From the IMG/VR virus record IMGVR_UViG_3300048693_000367, positions 58,199 to 122,198 of that record: 64,000 nt of DNA. One strand, given 5' to 3'. Origin of the DNA: a virus (Duplodnaviria; Caudoviricetes). The number at the start of each line of letters is the position of its first letter. Positions within the stretch are counted from its first letter, which is position 1. The notes beneath the pieces are model-generated. The model ran no database searches, was not told the origin of the DNA, and saw nothing but the letters and a program-made list of their open reading frames with translations. A program made the position numbers and the translations under genes. Below are positions 29,294-40,211 of this stretch, piece after piece.

Positions 29294-31024
29294 TTATCCT
29301 TTAGCAGTATACTCTAGTGAAATACTGAACGATCCGTCAATCTTATTTGAAGTATAGTCTTCTCTGGTTTTAATATAAGACGCACTTTCCGCTAATAAAG
29401 CATCAAATTGAGGAATATTGAATACTGGTAAAGCATCACATATTGATGGTGGTACACAAGATTTGTTATCTTTTGATCGACCGTCTATTGTGATACTGAT
29501 TGTGCGTGCTGTTTTCATGTTTAATTTTTGGATAATCGGCCCATTTAGTCTTCCTGGCACAACAAATTCTTGAATTATATCTACAGGATCATTTCTTACA
29601 ATAGAAATATTCGTATACCCTAACTCTCTTGCTCTTGTGTTTGATGTTTCGTATATTGCGGTATATGTGATACTACCTTCATTATAATTATGCTCTATAA
29701 CATAAGATGATGGTAGTGGAAAACCAGACGCGCCTTTAATAAGCAACTCGGCTTTTGATAAAGAAACTTGGGTTTTAAAACTACCAAGTAAATCGCTGGT
29801 ACTACCAATCGATGTTGTAAAATAAGATAAAGCATTACTATATTTAGTTTCGCCACCATCTGCTGCTGTGATAAAAGACCCACTATCTGGTAATATAAAA
29901 TTATTGCCTTTAAATTGCAAAAAACCACCTCTAATCAATCCTTGAACTGTTCCTTTGATGGTAATTGTGGTATTAGTTTTGGTGTCATTAGTAATATTAA
30001 TATCTTTAGTATATGTATGTGTAGCCGCATTTGCTACTGGAGATAGTGCTAGATTGTTTTTTTTCACAATCGCAGTATATGTTAAAGAAAATGATCCTTC
30101 TGATTCTGATGCATTACATGTTATTTGTTCGTTATAAACATTATAATATATACCAACACCATTCGTATTGCCATCTTTAAATCCTGCTAATAAACCACCG
30201 CTAGAATCTACGTCATGAATGGTCGCTAAATCTTTGGTAGCATCACACGCACTGTCATTATTGGTCTCTATTTGTAAACACCCATTAACTAAACTCAAAA
30301 CCTGGTCGTGTAATCGTTTTTGTACAAATAATTTGGCTTGTTGCCATGCTGGTACTAAATTATTATTTACATAATAGTTTTTACCGGTTGCTGATATTGT
30401 ATATGAGACTTCAAAGATATTGTTATATGTTGTATTATAATTATCATAAATTCTATTATCAATAGTAAATGACCATTTATCACTAAATTCTTTAATTTTA
30501 TGATCAGTTATGTCTATTAAATTATCACTAATAATTATCTGAGATGCGCCCTGATGGAAAATACTACTAGAGCATGAGATCATCGCATTATTATCGCATC
30601 CTATAAAATCAACCTCATTAAATTCAATCTCTATAACAAATGGAGCGTAATTAACCCAATGATTATTTGATACATTAAACTCTATATTCTTTATCGTGGC
30701 GCCTTTAGCCTTAATAATAGTAGTACCATCCTGTTTTATATAAAGATCTCCACCATTAAAACTAAAAATTTCTCTAATATCACCCATATGTTCAACGGTT
30801 GGTTCTAATCCATAATCAACAGAGCCAACATTTACTTCTTTGCGCAGAGCATTGGCGTATCCATTGAGAGTTACAGTATATGTATATCCAATTGGATTAT
30901 CATTACTATAATAAATTTCTGGACTAATAGTAACATTAGGGGCCGGAGCAATTCTATCTGATGATGTTGGCGAAGCATTACCCTTACAGTAATAAACTTC
31001 GGTTGTTGCTAAATATCCTGGCAT
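29294..31024 (-). CDS. putative distal tail protein (paralog of 27465..29291)
   Basis: directly downstream of TMP; full-length similarity to the next gene. Confidence 0.6.
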   Translation of the reverse strand: MPGYLATTEVYYCKGNASPTSSDRIAPAPNVTISPEIYYSNDNPIGYTYTVTLNGYANALRKEVNVGSVDYGLEPTVEHMGDIREIFSFNGGDLYIKQDGTTIIKAKGATIKNIEFNVSNNHWVNYAPFVIEIEFNEVDFIGCDNNAMISCSSSIFHQGASQIIISDNLIDITDHKIKEFSDKWSFTIDNRIYDNYNTTYNNIFEVSYTISATGKNYYVNNNLVPAWQQAKLFVQKRLHDQVLSLVNGCLQIETNNDSACDATKDLATIHDVDSSGGLLAGFKDGNTNGVGIYYNVYNEQITCNASESEGSFSLTYTAIVKKNNLALSPVANAATHTYTKDINITNDTKTNTTITIKGTVQGLIRGGFLQFKGNNFILPDSGSFITAADGGETKYSNALSYFTTSIGSTSDLLGSFKTQVSLSKAELLIKGASGFPLPSSYVIEHNYNEGSITYTAIYETSNTRARELGYTNISIVRNDPVDIIQEFVVPGRLNGPIIQKLNMKTARTISITIDGRSKDNKSCVPPSICDALPVFNIPQFDALLAESASYIKTREDYTSNKIDGSFSISLEYTAKG

Positions 31025-31035
31025 AATATTTTCCT

Positions 31036-34000
31036 TTATTCTCCTTGTGAGCTAGTTGCTCCACTAGAAGGTGAACCCATACTAGCGCTTGATTTTACTT
31101 GTCCTCCTGTTATGGCAGACACTTCATCTCTCAATGCTGCTAGTTTAGGTTCTACTAGTGATACTGCTAGTTCTTTCATGCGTTTTTCTAGAGCCTCAAA
31201 TGCTGCCGCGCCACTAATTTGAACATCTAATACATAACTACCAGTAAGTTCAATTTTAGGAGGTATAGTAGCCGCTACTGCTGATAGCTTATCTATATAA
31301 GTGTTGAAAGTACTAAAGGTAGATGATAACGAATCTAAAAATGCTTGAGCATTTGGGTCTAGTTGAATTTGGAAACCATTTCCTCCTGTTGGTCCACCTG
31401 TAGTGGGTATTACTTGGTTACCAGTTTGTGGTGGCGCTACTGTGGATGGAACCACCTGTGGTGTTCCAGACGGTGTTTGTGTCACTGAGGTTGTTGGAGT
31501 ATTCTCTGATATTTTATACAAATCAGAAAACATTCTGCGGGCCACTTCTGGTCGATATCTTGATGCTGCTGCTTGACGGCGAGATAATTTTGATTGTTGA
31601 TATTGGGTTAATGGCTTACTCTCACTCTTTACTTGTGGTGCATTTGCCAATTCGTCCGCTAATCCTGATTCTCTTTCTGCTTGTGTAAATAAGCGTTTTC
31701 TTGTTAATGGATTTTGGCTTAATAAATAATCTTTACGTTTTTGAGCTTTTTCTGCTTGAGCAATATTTTGTAATTCAAAACTACTAGCACTAATAACACT
31801 ATCATCTGTTGGTAGTTTTTGTCCTAGTCTTTGTCGTTTTCTGGCTGCTATTAATTCTTGTTGAACAAAAGCTTTACGTTCTGCTGTTGGGGCATATTGT
31901 TTTTCGGCTCTGGTAATATAGTTTTCACCTTCCACAAAGGTTTGTTTAGTGTTTACTGCCTGAGCGGCTTGTGCATTGGCTTGTACTACAGCTTGGGCGG
32001 TAACGCCTTGAATGGCTCTATTTGGCTTTTGGGCTTCTTGCGTGTTTATCATTTTCTCTTCGGTTTGTTTTTGTATAGAGAGCCTTTGTGCTTCTAATTG
32101 TGCTCTTTCAGCATTTAATCTATCTAATACTCCGCCAGTTCCTGGTGCCGGTGGTGCTGGTAAAGTATTATTAAATGCTTCAGCAAAAGCTCGTCCTCGA
32201 CGTAAATCTTTAAGTTCTCCCTGCTCATTATCTTGTAATGTACCAGCTTTGTCTTTTGCCTCTAATTCTGCTAGCCTCTGTTCTTCTTTTGCTGCAAAGT
32301 CTCGTAAGGCTTGTTGTTCCCTAACATTTAGTGGTGCGGGACCGGCGCCAGCAACGGGTTTAGGAGCCGCACCAGCAGCAGCAGCGGCAGCAGGAGCAGC
32401 GACGGCTGGCGGCGCAGCAACACCGGGAGCAGGAACTGCTACGGGTAAATTCTTAGGATTAGCAGCATTAGCATCAGTAACGGCGTCTCTTAATGCTTGA
32501 GTTAAAATATTTGGAAAATCTTTAGCTAAAAATACTTGTAAATCTATCATTGATTCTTGAATAATTAAAGCTTGTTGTTTATTGAGTAATCCTAGAATTT
32601 CATTAGCTTTAATTTGTTCATTAACCGCTTCTCTATAAGCTATAACATTAGGATCTTCTTCTGATACTCTGCCACGAATTCTTTCCATTGCTTTTTCTAA
32701 TGTCATACCAAGTTTTGGTACAAAATCTTGTCCCTGGAATCCTTGAGATTCATAAAACTTAGTTAAAAGATCAGCGCGTATATTTGCAAATTCTTGTGGA
32801 CTGTATAGTTCTCGTTGAGCTTCCAAACCAGCAAAGGCTAATTGTCTATTTTCAACATTTCTCATGAATTCTGGTCCACTCTCTCTAGCAGCAGCCAGAG
32901 CGGAACTCTCACGATTCATTTGAAAAAGCTGATCAAAGTCTGCCGTAGCAATCTTTTGTAAGAAATTACCAAAACCTTCAACCTTTTGTTGTTCTTCTTG
33001 AATTTTAGCTAATGCATTTGCTGCTTTTGTTCCATCATTAGCTAATTTTTCTAATGCTTGACGGCCTTCGTCTAATGCTAGCTTATTTTTACCTAACGCT
33101 GCCACATTGTTGAGATTAGCAGCGGCTAATTCTGCTCGTTGTCTATTGCCTGCCTCATCAGCGCCCAACCCACTAGCTTTTTCAAGATTAGCCGCATTTT
33201 CAGCTTCTAATCTAGCATTTTCTTTACTAGTTCTCATCATGGCTAATCCAATAGCAGCAGGATCCATAGCTTGATTTGCTGTTAATCCACCAACATCACG
33301 CAGTCCTCTAGTAAGATCTTTAATTTCAAACTCAAAAGGCTCGTTAAGTTGTTGTAGTGTGGGACTATTTCCTAAAGCCTTAGCCAGATCTAATTCAGCA
33401 TTTAATCTAATTACTCCAGCTTTACGCATATATTCATTGGATCTACCCATCGCTTCATTATATTGGTTTTGTAGATTAATACTTTCTTGTAAAGTATCGT
33501 TATAGGTTTTGGCTAGTTTTTGCAGGAGTTGTGAGCCTTCTTGAGCTGTTTTAGATAATTCACTAATAACAGTATCTTCTAATTCCTTAGTTAATTTATC
33601 AACATCAGTATCGCTCGCAGATTTTTCTAATCTATTACCAACATCATTTAGAACCTTAGCAATTTCTGGAGTTTCAATATTGATACCCTGTGCTTGAAAT
33701 AGTCCAGTTAAATTATCTTTGATCTGATTTCTATTTGTAATATCTGTACTCTTCACAAGAGCCGGTAATTGATCAGCTAAAATTTTTGATGCTACCGCTT
33801 GATCTGCTAATGCTTTGGCCTCGGGACTACCACCAGCCAATCCAGCAACGCCGCCAGCAGCAGCTCTAACTTCTTTAAAAGAAAATGCTGATAGATTTCC
33901 TAATACTTCTTCATTTTTTCTATCAATGTCTTGAACTTTTGGAGCATTACTAAAATCATTAGTTCTAGCATCTGTGGCTTTGATTAGTCTTTCTAAACTA

Positions 34001-37000
34001 GCAGCATACTTATCAGCATAGGCGTTGGCTCGACGATAAATATCCAGGGTTTTATCAATTTCTTTAACAATCTTTGCCGCTTCGTCAGCCCTTCGTTTTT
34101 CTATAGTCTCGTTTTCTTTAGCGGCTAGGGCTACGCGAGAGTATTTCATTCTAATATCATCTAATTCAGCATTAAGAGCCTTTTGTCTTTCTGGATCTGT
34201 TTCATTCGCTAACTCTTGCCATTTAGCAATATATTCTGGACTAACTTGAGCTATTTGTTGTGTTAATATTCTGAATGTTTTAGGATCTATACTAGCAGAC
34301 ACTTCATCAAGTGTTTTGCCTGTTTTACCCATTGCTGCTTCTAAAATACGTGTAGCAGATTCTGATCCAGCCTTTTGAGTGGTCACAATTTCTGTTGCGG
34401 TCTTTGTTCTTAACGATTCTTTGGAAAGATTTTTCTCTGCTTCTTGGGCTGCCAATGTCTTTAACTCTGTAAAAATCTCAGCCATACCAACATTAAGATC
34501 TTGTGTATTGGCCTCTGGATTTTTTAAGAATTGATCTAATTGTGTAGATATTGACTCGCTAGATTTTTCAATCTTAGCCTGTCTTGTTTTTTCAGCAAAT
34601 TCTTCTGCTGCCTTTTGAGCCTTAAAAAAACCAGTTGTTAGTCCTACTAAAGCGCCAGCCGCTCCTCCGATAGCAGTACCCCACGGACCAAAAAATGAAC
34701 CTATTGTGGCTCCTATACTACCATAATTGAGAGCATCTCCACCCATATTACTAATCATCCTACCGGATGTAGTAGATTCTCCACCACGCAATGAAGAAGC
34801 ACCTTCTATAGCCGCACCACCAGCTGTTAATGCAACAAAACCACCCAACCCACCCATGCCTCCGCGACCACCCATTCTATTTCTAAATGCTTGGCCACTC
34901 AATCCTTCTGCTCTAGCAGCCCGTGCTTGTCTCATTAAATTACGCCCAGCAGATCCTGATGGAATTAATCCTGTTTGTTGAACATTTCTAGAAGCAGTAG
35001 TTAAATTCCTAGTAACGCCAGTAATATTTGTACCAAGTTTGGTTACTGTGCTACTTAAAGCAGTAAAAGCTTTGACTAATACTGGTCCAAGTCGTGTTAA
35101 ACCAGCAACCACACCACCAACAAAAAACTTCTGAACTCCACCACCATTAGCGAATGTTTGTAATCCATCAACCATACCACCCTTATTAAATCCTTGTACT
35201 TTGTCAGCTCTATTTAATTGATGTAATCTTGACGATCCTATTCTCTGAGCAGCTTTTTTATTAATAACAAACTCACCGGGAGTTAATAGTGCTGGAACCG
35301 TGTCCTCTACACTACCTCCACTATTAAAGTATTGGAGTGCTGATGGCGAACTAATAGCTATGGCTTTGGAAATAGCATTAGCAATATTTTCAGGAGTGGG
35401 AGATACCTTAAATTCATTTGGCGTCACAAATCTACCTCCAAATAGCGGTCCTAATACCTCCTTGTTGCCAGCACCAGTAAAATCAAAAATTGCGTCTGTT
35501 GTGTCATTATCTGATAATAGATTTTGACTAGCTCTTCTAATAAAGGCTTCAAAAAAATAGCCCTTTATCGCTTGTTTGGCAGAGGAGCTTATTAGTTGAT
35601 CTGTTGATACTTGCCCTCTTCCGGGTCTTAGTGGCTCTGGCAAAACGGCTACTGCATTATCAAATAGATCTGGTAATCCATTCATAATTTGTCTATCAAA
35701 AATATCTTTACCTCCTGGAGATAAAGTACTACTTTTACCATCTGTTGTTATTCTAGCTCCTCTAGCCTTTTGTTTATTCCCGATAAATGCCCTAAGCTTG
35801 TCTACGCCAGTAGCATTACCTCTAGCCAATACATCGCTTATGGTAGCAGAGATATCTGGTACTCCACCCTCTAAAAATGAAACGCCGAATGTTTTAGATA
35901 GCTTTATTCCATTAATAATTTCGTCTGATTGCGCGCCACCTAATGCTTTACGAGACTTAAGTTGGGATAATCTAGATTGTTTATCGGATGTAAATGCTCT
36001 TAGTTTTTGTCCCGAGTCTTGCCATCTTTTTTCTAGACTAAGCAAGCCAGATAGTTCGGATTGTTCTTCTGGAGTTAATGGCTTAACAGTACCAGATCTG
36101 TACGAACCAGTCCCCTTTTGTGCAAATCTTTGTACCAGTCCGCCAAGAGCAAATCTAGAGACCCTGTTTGCTCTTGGACCCTTAGACCTAATAGCATCCA
36201 TAGCGGGCTGCTTATCTCCGCCTTGAGTAAATACCATATTTTGAACTGGGATGCCAAAAAGTTGACTTAAATATTCTGGAACGCCTCGTGTTCTACGAGA
36301 CTTACTAATAATGCTTAAGGTTTTGGGATCTAGTTTTTTAGACTTTATAGACTCTAATAATTCTTTACCAAAAGCTGTTAGTGGTGAAGATTGTATATCC
36401 TCTAGTCTTTGTTGATCGTTTCTAAAATAGCGAGACAATACTTGGTTTTTAGCGTCTCCTGATTTTGCGCTGGAATAAGCTTTATCTCCAAGTGTTCTTT
36501 TTAGTGTTCTGTCAACATCAACAGCTCCTCCTCCAGCATTAATGAGGGCTTGAATAGCATCCGATGGTTTTGGTAATATGCTTCCAGAAGCTTGTAGAAT
36601 ATCATCAACTAGTGGAGCTTTGGCCAATCCTCCCGTAGCAAATCTTTTTATGAACCCACCCGAATTTTTTAGCATACTTCTCATTGAGGTGGTGATTTTT
36701 TTTCTATCCGGCTGTCCTTCTACTTTGTAAGCGCTTACTTGCTCAAAACCTTTGATTAAAGTTTGTGCTTTAATAGCATCTTGATCTAAAACCTGTTCTA
36801 TTGATTTCTTAAGCGAACCTGGCAGTATTGCGTCAACGTCAGGATCTGTATCGAAAAACTTATTTTTAGTAATCTTTTTTGATAATACAGATCTAATTTC
36901 TTCGTGATTATCTCCTAGTATAGCTGCTTCGGGAGATTTGGAGCGTCCAGTGAATCTATAAATTCTATTAGATTGTTTCAGTGTTTTAAAAACATCCTTT

Positions 37001-38979
37001 TTTTTAATGTAATTTGATACTATATCTGAGTATGCTCCATAATTATCTTTTTTGTGAATAGCCCAATTTCTATTCCAGGTTTTAGGTAAATCTAATCCCA
37101 TATTTGTATATAGTCTTGATATTTGTCCAATATTATTTGATTTAGCCCACTGTTGTAATTTTTTTGGAATAACTGGAGAGCTTAGTGATATATGGGTGAA
37201 TTCTGTGGGTCCGGATTCAGGTAAATTAGTTGGTTTTTGAGCACTCTTCTTTTTAGCTGTGCCTCCTCCAGCATATCTATTCATTTTATGAAGATTATTC
37301 ACTCCAATAGCTGAAACTGCTTTTTTTCTAATTACAAACTCTCCGGGGGTTAGCATTGCTGATACAGTATCTCTATTACCGGATCCCGGTACTAAACCAC
37401 CACTAGCAAATCTTCTTCCACCGCCTAATCTTTGACCTAATCCTCTCGCTCCGCCAGCAGCACCAAATGCTCCAGCAAAACCAGTACCAAACTCTATTAA
37501 GGCAGATAATCCTCTGATTGTTGCAAGAGCTGTTAATGCTGGTAGTACGATCTTAGCAGCATCTGCGAGTTTGATAAGTGCGCTTGCTAGTTGTAATGAT
37601 AGACTTACGAAACTTCTAAAACTATCACTTTCACCAATACTACGAACGAGCGCCGTGAACTCTTCTCTCACTTTAGCTATTTGATTAGCAATAGAAAGTT
37701 GTGCTGTGGCAGCATCTTTACTTAATGATGCTTGTCCTGTTTGAGCGGTTTTTAAAGCTTGTTGAGCAACGGCGAACTGTTGGATAAGAGGAATAACCTT
37801 ACCAATCTGGCGGAATCCACCAAGTTCTTCAACGATCTGACTAAACTGCAAATCTCTTGGATCTAATCTACTTAAACCCTCACTTAGTCTCTTTACTGCT
37901 TCATATGGACCAACGAACTTACCCTCTAGATCAGTTAATGTTACTCCGAATCTTTCTAGAGCCTGAATAGTTTCTGCTCTTTGAATACGTGTGAAAATAG
38001 TTCTTAAACCAGTGGCAATAGTTTCAGCACTTTCACGAGTTGTGGCACGAACACTGGTGAAGATAGCCAAGAATTCATTTAATGCGTCTGTACCTTCACT
38101 AACGCCTTTACTAGCTGTGGCAAACACACCACCGGTACGCTGAATAGCAACAATTAAGTCACTAGCTTCAACAGCAAACTGAGCAGCCACAGCATTAACA
38201 CTACCTAAAGCAGACTCTAGGTCTCCTGCGCCGATACCGAACTGTCTCATCAACGCGATACTACCTTCGACAGTTTGATTCATATCGTCGAACGATGGTG
38301 CTAAACTACTTTTTGCTAGAGCTTCAAGAGCTCTTCTAGTGTCTGCTGCGCTAAGACCGGCCTGAGCAAGAGTAACAGCTACCGTTGTTAATTCTGATGA
38401 GCTAACACCAAGAGATGTTGCAAGCTTTGTAATTTGATCAGACAGTCCTTGAAGTCCTTTAGCGGACTCACCTGTTACCTGTTGTAATCTAACAAACTCT
38501 TTATCGAAAGCAATAAAATCCGAGATGCCTTGACGCAAGGCTCCAGTAAAAGCATATATGCTGCTAGTCACAACCGTAAAAGCAGCAAATCTTCGTACAG
38601 CTAAAGCAGACTGTCTACCGAACTCTTGCATTTGTGTGGCTGCTCTACCAGCATTATTTCCAACATTATTAATGTTTTGACCAGCATTATTCAAGCCCTG
38701 CTGTGTGTTGCGTCCAATAACATTATTAAAAGACTGTCCCAAATTACGCAAAGCATCGCTTACAGCATTAGCGTTTGTGCTGGTAATTGATAAAGTGCCA
38801 TTAAGCGCCCTTAATGCAGTATTCATAGTTGTAATATTACGAATACTAGCTGGATTAATTCGAGGATTAATATTAACATCAACACTACCAAGCTGGCGAC
38901 GAATATCAGCGACCACAGTTCTGATATTAGACGGTCCTCTTAAATTAATTTCTGCGGTAAGATTAAACGCTCTTGCCAT
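31036..38979 (-). CDS. tape measure protein (TP901-type core) with inserted cargo domains
   Basis: 2647 aa; TMP core (LAQAG, LRTIFTRI, GGFRQ); two DTV.AMLTPGEFV.. motifs; Ala/Gly-rich helical segments. Confidence 0.9.
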   Translation of the reverse strand: MARAFNLTAEINLRGPSNIRTVVADIRRQLGSVDVNINPRINPASIRNITTMNTALRALNGTLSITSTNANAVSDALRNLGQSFNNVIGRNTQQGLNNAGQNINNVGNNAGRAATQMQEFGRQSALAVRRFAAFTVVTSSIYAFTGALRQGISDFIAFDKEFVRLQQVTGESAKGLQGLSDQITKLATSLGVSSSELTTVAVTLAQAGLSAADTRRALEALAKSSLAPSFDDMNQTVEGSIALMRQFGIGAGDLESALGSVNAVAAQFAVEASDLIVAIQRTGGVFATASKGVSEGTDALNEFLAIFTSVRATTRESAETIATGLRTIFTRIQRAETIQALERFGVTLTDLEGKFVGPYEAVKRLSEGLSRLDPRDLQFSQIVEELGGFRQIGKVIPLIQQFAVAQQALKTAQTGQASLSKDAATAQLSIANQIAKVREEFTALVRSIGESDSFRSFVSLSLQLASALIKLADAAKIVLPALTALATIRGLSALIEFGTGFAGAFGAAGGARGLGQRLGGGRRFASGGLVPGSGNRDTVSAMLTPGEFVIRKKAVSAIGVNNLHKMNRYAGGGTAKKKSAQKPTNLPESGPTEFTHISLSSPVIPKKLQQWAKSNNIGQISRLYTNMGLDLPKTWNRNWAIHKKDNYGAYSDIVSNYIKKKDVFKTLKQSNRIYRFTGRSKSPEAAILGDNHEEIRSVLSKKITKNKFFDTDPDVDAILPGSLKKSIEQVLDQDAIKAQTLIKGFEQVSAYKVEGQPDRKKITTSMRSMLKNSGGFIKRFATGGLAKAPLVDDILQASGSILPKPSDAIQALINAGGGAVDVDRTLKRTLGDKAYSSAKSGDAKNQVLSRYFRNDQQRLEDIQSSPLTAFGKELLESIKSKKLDPKTLSIISKSRRTRGVPEYLSQLFGIPVQNMVFTQGGDKQPAMDAIRSKGPRANRVSRFALGGLVQRFAQKGTGSYRSGTVKPLTPEEQSELSGLLSLEKRWQDSGQKLRAFTSDKQSRLSQLKSRKALGGAQSDEIINGIKLSKTFGVSFLEGGVPDISATISDVLARGNATGVDKLRAFIGNKQKARGARITTDGKSSTLSPGGKDIFDRQIMNGLPDLFDNAVAVLPEPLRPGRGQVSTDQLISSSAKQAIKGYFFEAFIRRASQNLLSDNDTTDAIFDFTGAGNKEVLGPLFGGRFVTPNEFKVSPTPENIANAISKAIAISSPSALQYFNSGGSVEDTVPALLTPGEFVINKKAAQRIGSSRLHQLNRADKVQGFNKGGMVDGLQTFANGGGVQKFFVGGVVAGLTRLGPVLVKAFTALSSTVTKLGTNITGVTRNLTTASRNVQQTGLIPSGSAGRNLMRQARAARAEGLSGQAFRNRMGGRGGMGGLGGFVALTAGGAAIEGASSLRGGESTTSGRMISNMGGDALNYGSIGATIGSFFGPWGTAIGGAAGALVGLTTGFFKAQKAAEEFAEKTRQAKIEKSSESISTQLDQFLKNPEANTQDLNVGMAEIFTELKTLAAQEAEKNLSKESLRTKTATEIVTTQKAGSESATRILEAAMGKTGKTLDEVSASIDPKTFRILTQQIAQVSPEYIAKWQELANETDPERQKALNAELDDIRMKYSRVALAAKENETIEKRRADEAAKIVKEIDKTLDIYRRANAYADKYAASLERLIKATDARTNDFSNAPKVQDIDRKNEEVLGNLSAFSFKEVRAAAGGVAGLAGGSPEAKALADQAVASKILADQLPALVKSTDITNRNQIKDNLTGLFQAQGINIETPEIAKVLNDVGNRLEKSASDTDVDKLTKELEDTVISELSKTAQEGSQLLQKLAKTYNDTLQESINLQNQYNEAMGRSNEYMRKAGVIRLNAELDLAKALGNSPTLQQLNEPFEFEIKDLTRGLRDVGGLTANQAMDPAAIGLAMMRTSKENARLEAENAANLEKASGLGADEAGNRQRAELAAANLNNVAALGKNKLALDEGRQALEKLANDGTKAANALAKIQEEQQKVEGFGNFLQKIATADFDQLFQMNRESSALAAARESGPEFMRNVENRQLAFAGLEAQRELYSPQEFANIRADLLTKFYESQGFQGQDFVPKLGMTLEKAMERIRGRVSEEDPNVIAYREAVNEQIKANEILGLLNKQQALIIQESMIDLQVFLAKDFPNILTQALRDAVTDANAANPKNLPVAVPAPGVAAPPAVAAPAAAAAAGAAPKPVAGAGPAPLNVREQQALRDFAAKEEQRLAELEAKDKAGTLQDNEQGELKDLRRGRAFAEAFNNTLPAPPAPGTGGVLDRLNAERAQLEAQRLSIQKQTEEKMINTQEAQKPNRAIQGVTAQAVVQANAQAAQAVNTKQTFVEGENYITRAEKQYAPTAERKAFVQQELIAARKRQRLGQKLPTDDSVISASSFELQNIAQAEKAQKRKDYLLSQNPLTRKRLFTQAERESGLADELANAPQVKSESKPLTQYQQSKLSRRQAAASRYRPEVARRMFSDLYKISENTPTTSVTQTPSGTPQVVPSTVAPPQTGNQVIPTTGGPTGGNGFQIQLDPNAQAFLDSLSSTFSTFNTYIDKLSAVAATIPPKIELTGSYVLDVQISGAAAFEALEKRMKELAVSLVEPKLAALRDEVSAITGGQVKSSASMGSPSSGATSSQGE

Positions 38980-39003
38980 AGTGATTAATTACTTTCTAAA
39001 AAA

Positions 39004-39039
39004 ATATCCCCAGAGCAGTTTGAGCCGCTTGGGGATATA
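39004..39039. terminator. hairpin between chaperone gene and TMP gene
   Basis: ATATCCCCA...TGGGGATAT inverted repeat; T-run on the minus strand. Confidence 0.4.
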
Positions 39040-39063
39040 TTAGTATATAATATGGAATAACAA

Positions 39064-39921
39064 TCAATTGTCTGATGAAGTGCTAGATGGTATTTCCTTA
39101 GTAGTGTTATCATTCCTATTCTCAGCATCCAGTATGATTGGTTGACCATTTTCATCTAAAAACGGCTGGAAATCTAATAAATAATCACCCTGATTATCTA
39201 CAGGATTACCATCTTTATCAATAAACTCTCCCTTATCATTAACATATCTGCCATTTTCATCTACTAATCGACCATCATCATCTACCAAATGACCATCTTT
39301 ATTAATTAGTCTTAATTTATCATCAACGAACTTATACTGCTTCAAAAACTTGTTTTCTGGTAATTTTGATTCATAGTCGTTTTCTAGACCATAAAGCATA
39401 CCAGCCAAGTTTTGAGCAGCCAATATTGCTACTGGGTCGGATGACCTATTTAAGTAATCTTCGTAATTCTTAAAATACTGCTCTTTAGTATCAGTATACA
39501 CCGTGCAAGCAGAAACTAAGTAGTTAAATCTAGCATTATCTGCTTGTCCTTCAGCAGTATGGGTATCTAAATTAGTCTTAACTGCTATTAAATCGCGCAA
39601 ATCATCTCTGCTCTTTTTCATATTTAATGCGACTTTTTTAGCCTCTAAAATAGAAATACCGCCCTTGGCCAATTTACGTTCACCTTCTAGAATATCGGTT
39701 TGTAGTTTGGTGAACTGGGCTTGCTTATTGGCATCCCATAAGCCCTGTTCCATAAGTACATCATCTAGTTTGGCTCTAACTACAGCTTTAGCTTTTAATG
39801 CTTCACTAAAGCTTTGATTATAAACTTTTGTAGCTTCTCTTTGATCTTGTAGAGATGGTGCTCTAACAAATAGTGAAACTTCCTTATCATTAATAGTTGC
39901 AGAAAATGATCTGGTTAACAT
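39064..39921 (-). CDS. putative tail assembly chaperone
   Basis: position between tail tube and TMP; C-terminal D.DG repeats. Confidence 0.5.
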   Translation of the reverse strand: MLTRSFSATINDKEVSLFVRAPSLQDQREATKVYNQSFSEALKAKAVVRAKLDDVLMEQGLWDANKQAQFTKLQTDILEGERKLAKGGISILEAKKVALNMKKSRDDLRDLIAVKTNLDTHTAEGQADNARFNYLVSACTVYTDTKEQYFKNYEDYLNRSSDPVAILAAQNLAGMLYGLENDYESKLPENKFLKQYKFVDDKLRLINKDGHLVDDDGRLVDENGRYVNDKGEFIDKDGNPVDNQGDYLLDFQPFLDENGQPIILDAENRNDNTTKEIPSSTSSDN

Positions 39922-39923
39922 AT

Positions 39924-40208
39924 TTAGTCCTCTTTCTTGTTGTTAAAACGGTAGTTATATTTGAGAGAATTTCCGGCTGCTATATCAAGATCAGATATGG
40001 CTTTGCGCAGTTGATTGTTGCCATTATTGAGTATCTGATTTCTTACAAAATCCCAACGATCCAAAAAATCTAATTCATTATCTGTTAGATCTTCGTCATT
40101 TTTATTTTGACCCCATAAATAACCAAATGTTTTTTCAAATTCAAATAAGGCGCCGATCATAGTTGTTTGAAATCTTTTAGTTAATATAGCTTTTTGAGTT
40201 GAGTCCAT
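39924..40208 (-). CDS. hypothetical protein
   Basis: 94-aa ORF in late operon. Confidence 0.6.
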   Translation of the reverse strand: MDSTQKAILTKRFQTTMIGALFEFEKTFGYLWGQNKNDEDLTDNELDFLDRWDFVRNQILNNGNNQLRKAISDLDIAAGNSLKYNYRFNNKKED

Positions 40209-40211
40209 GTT

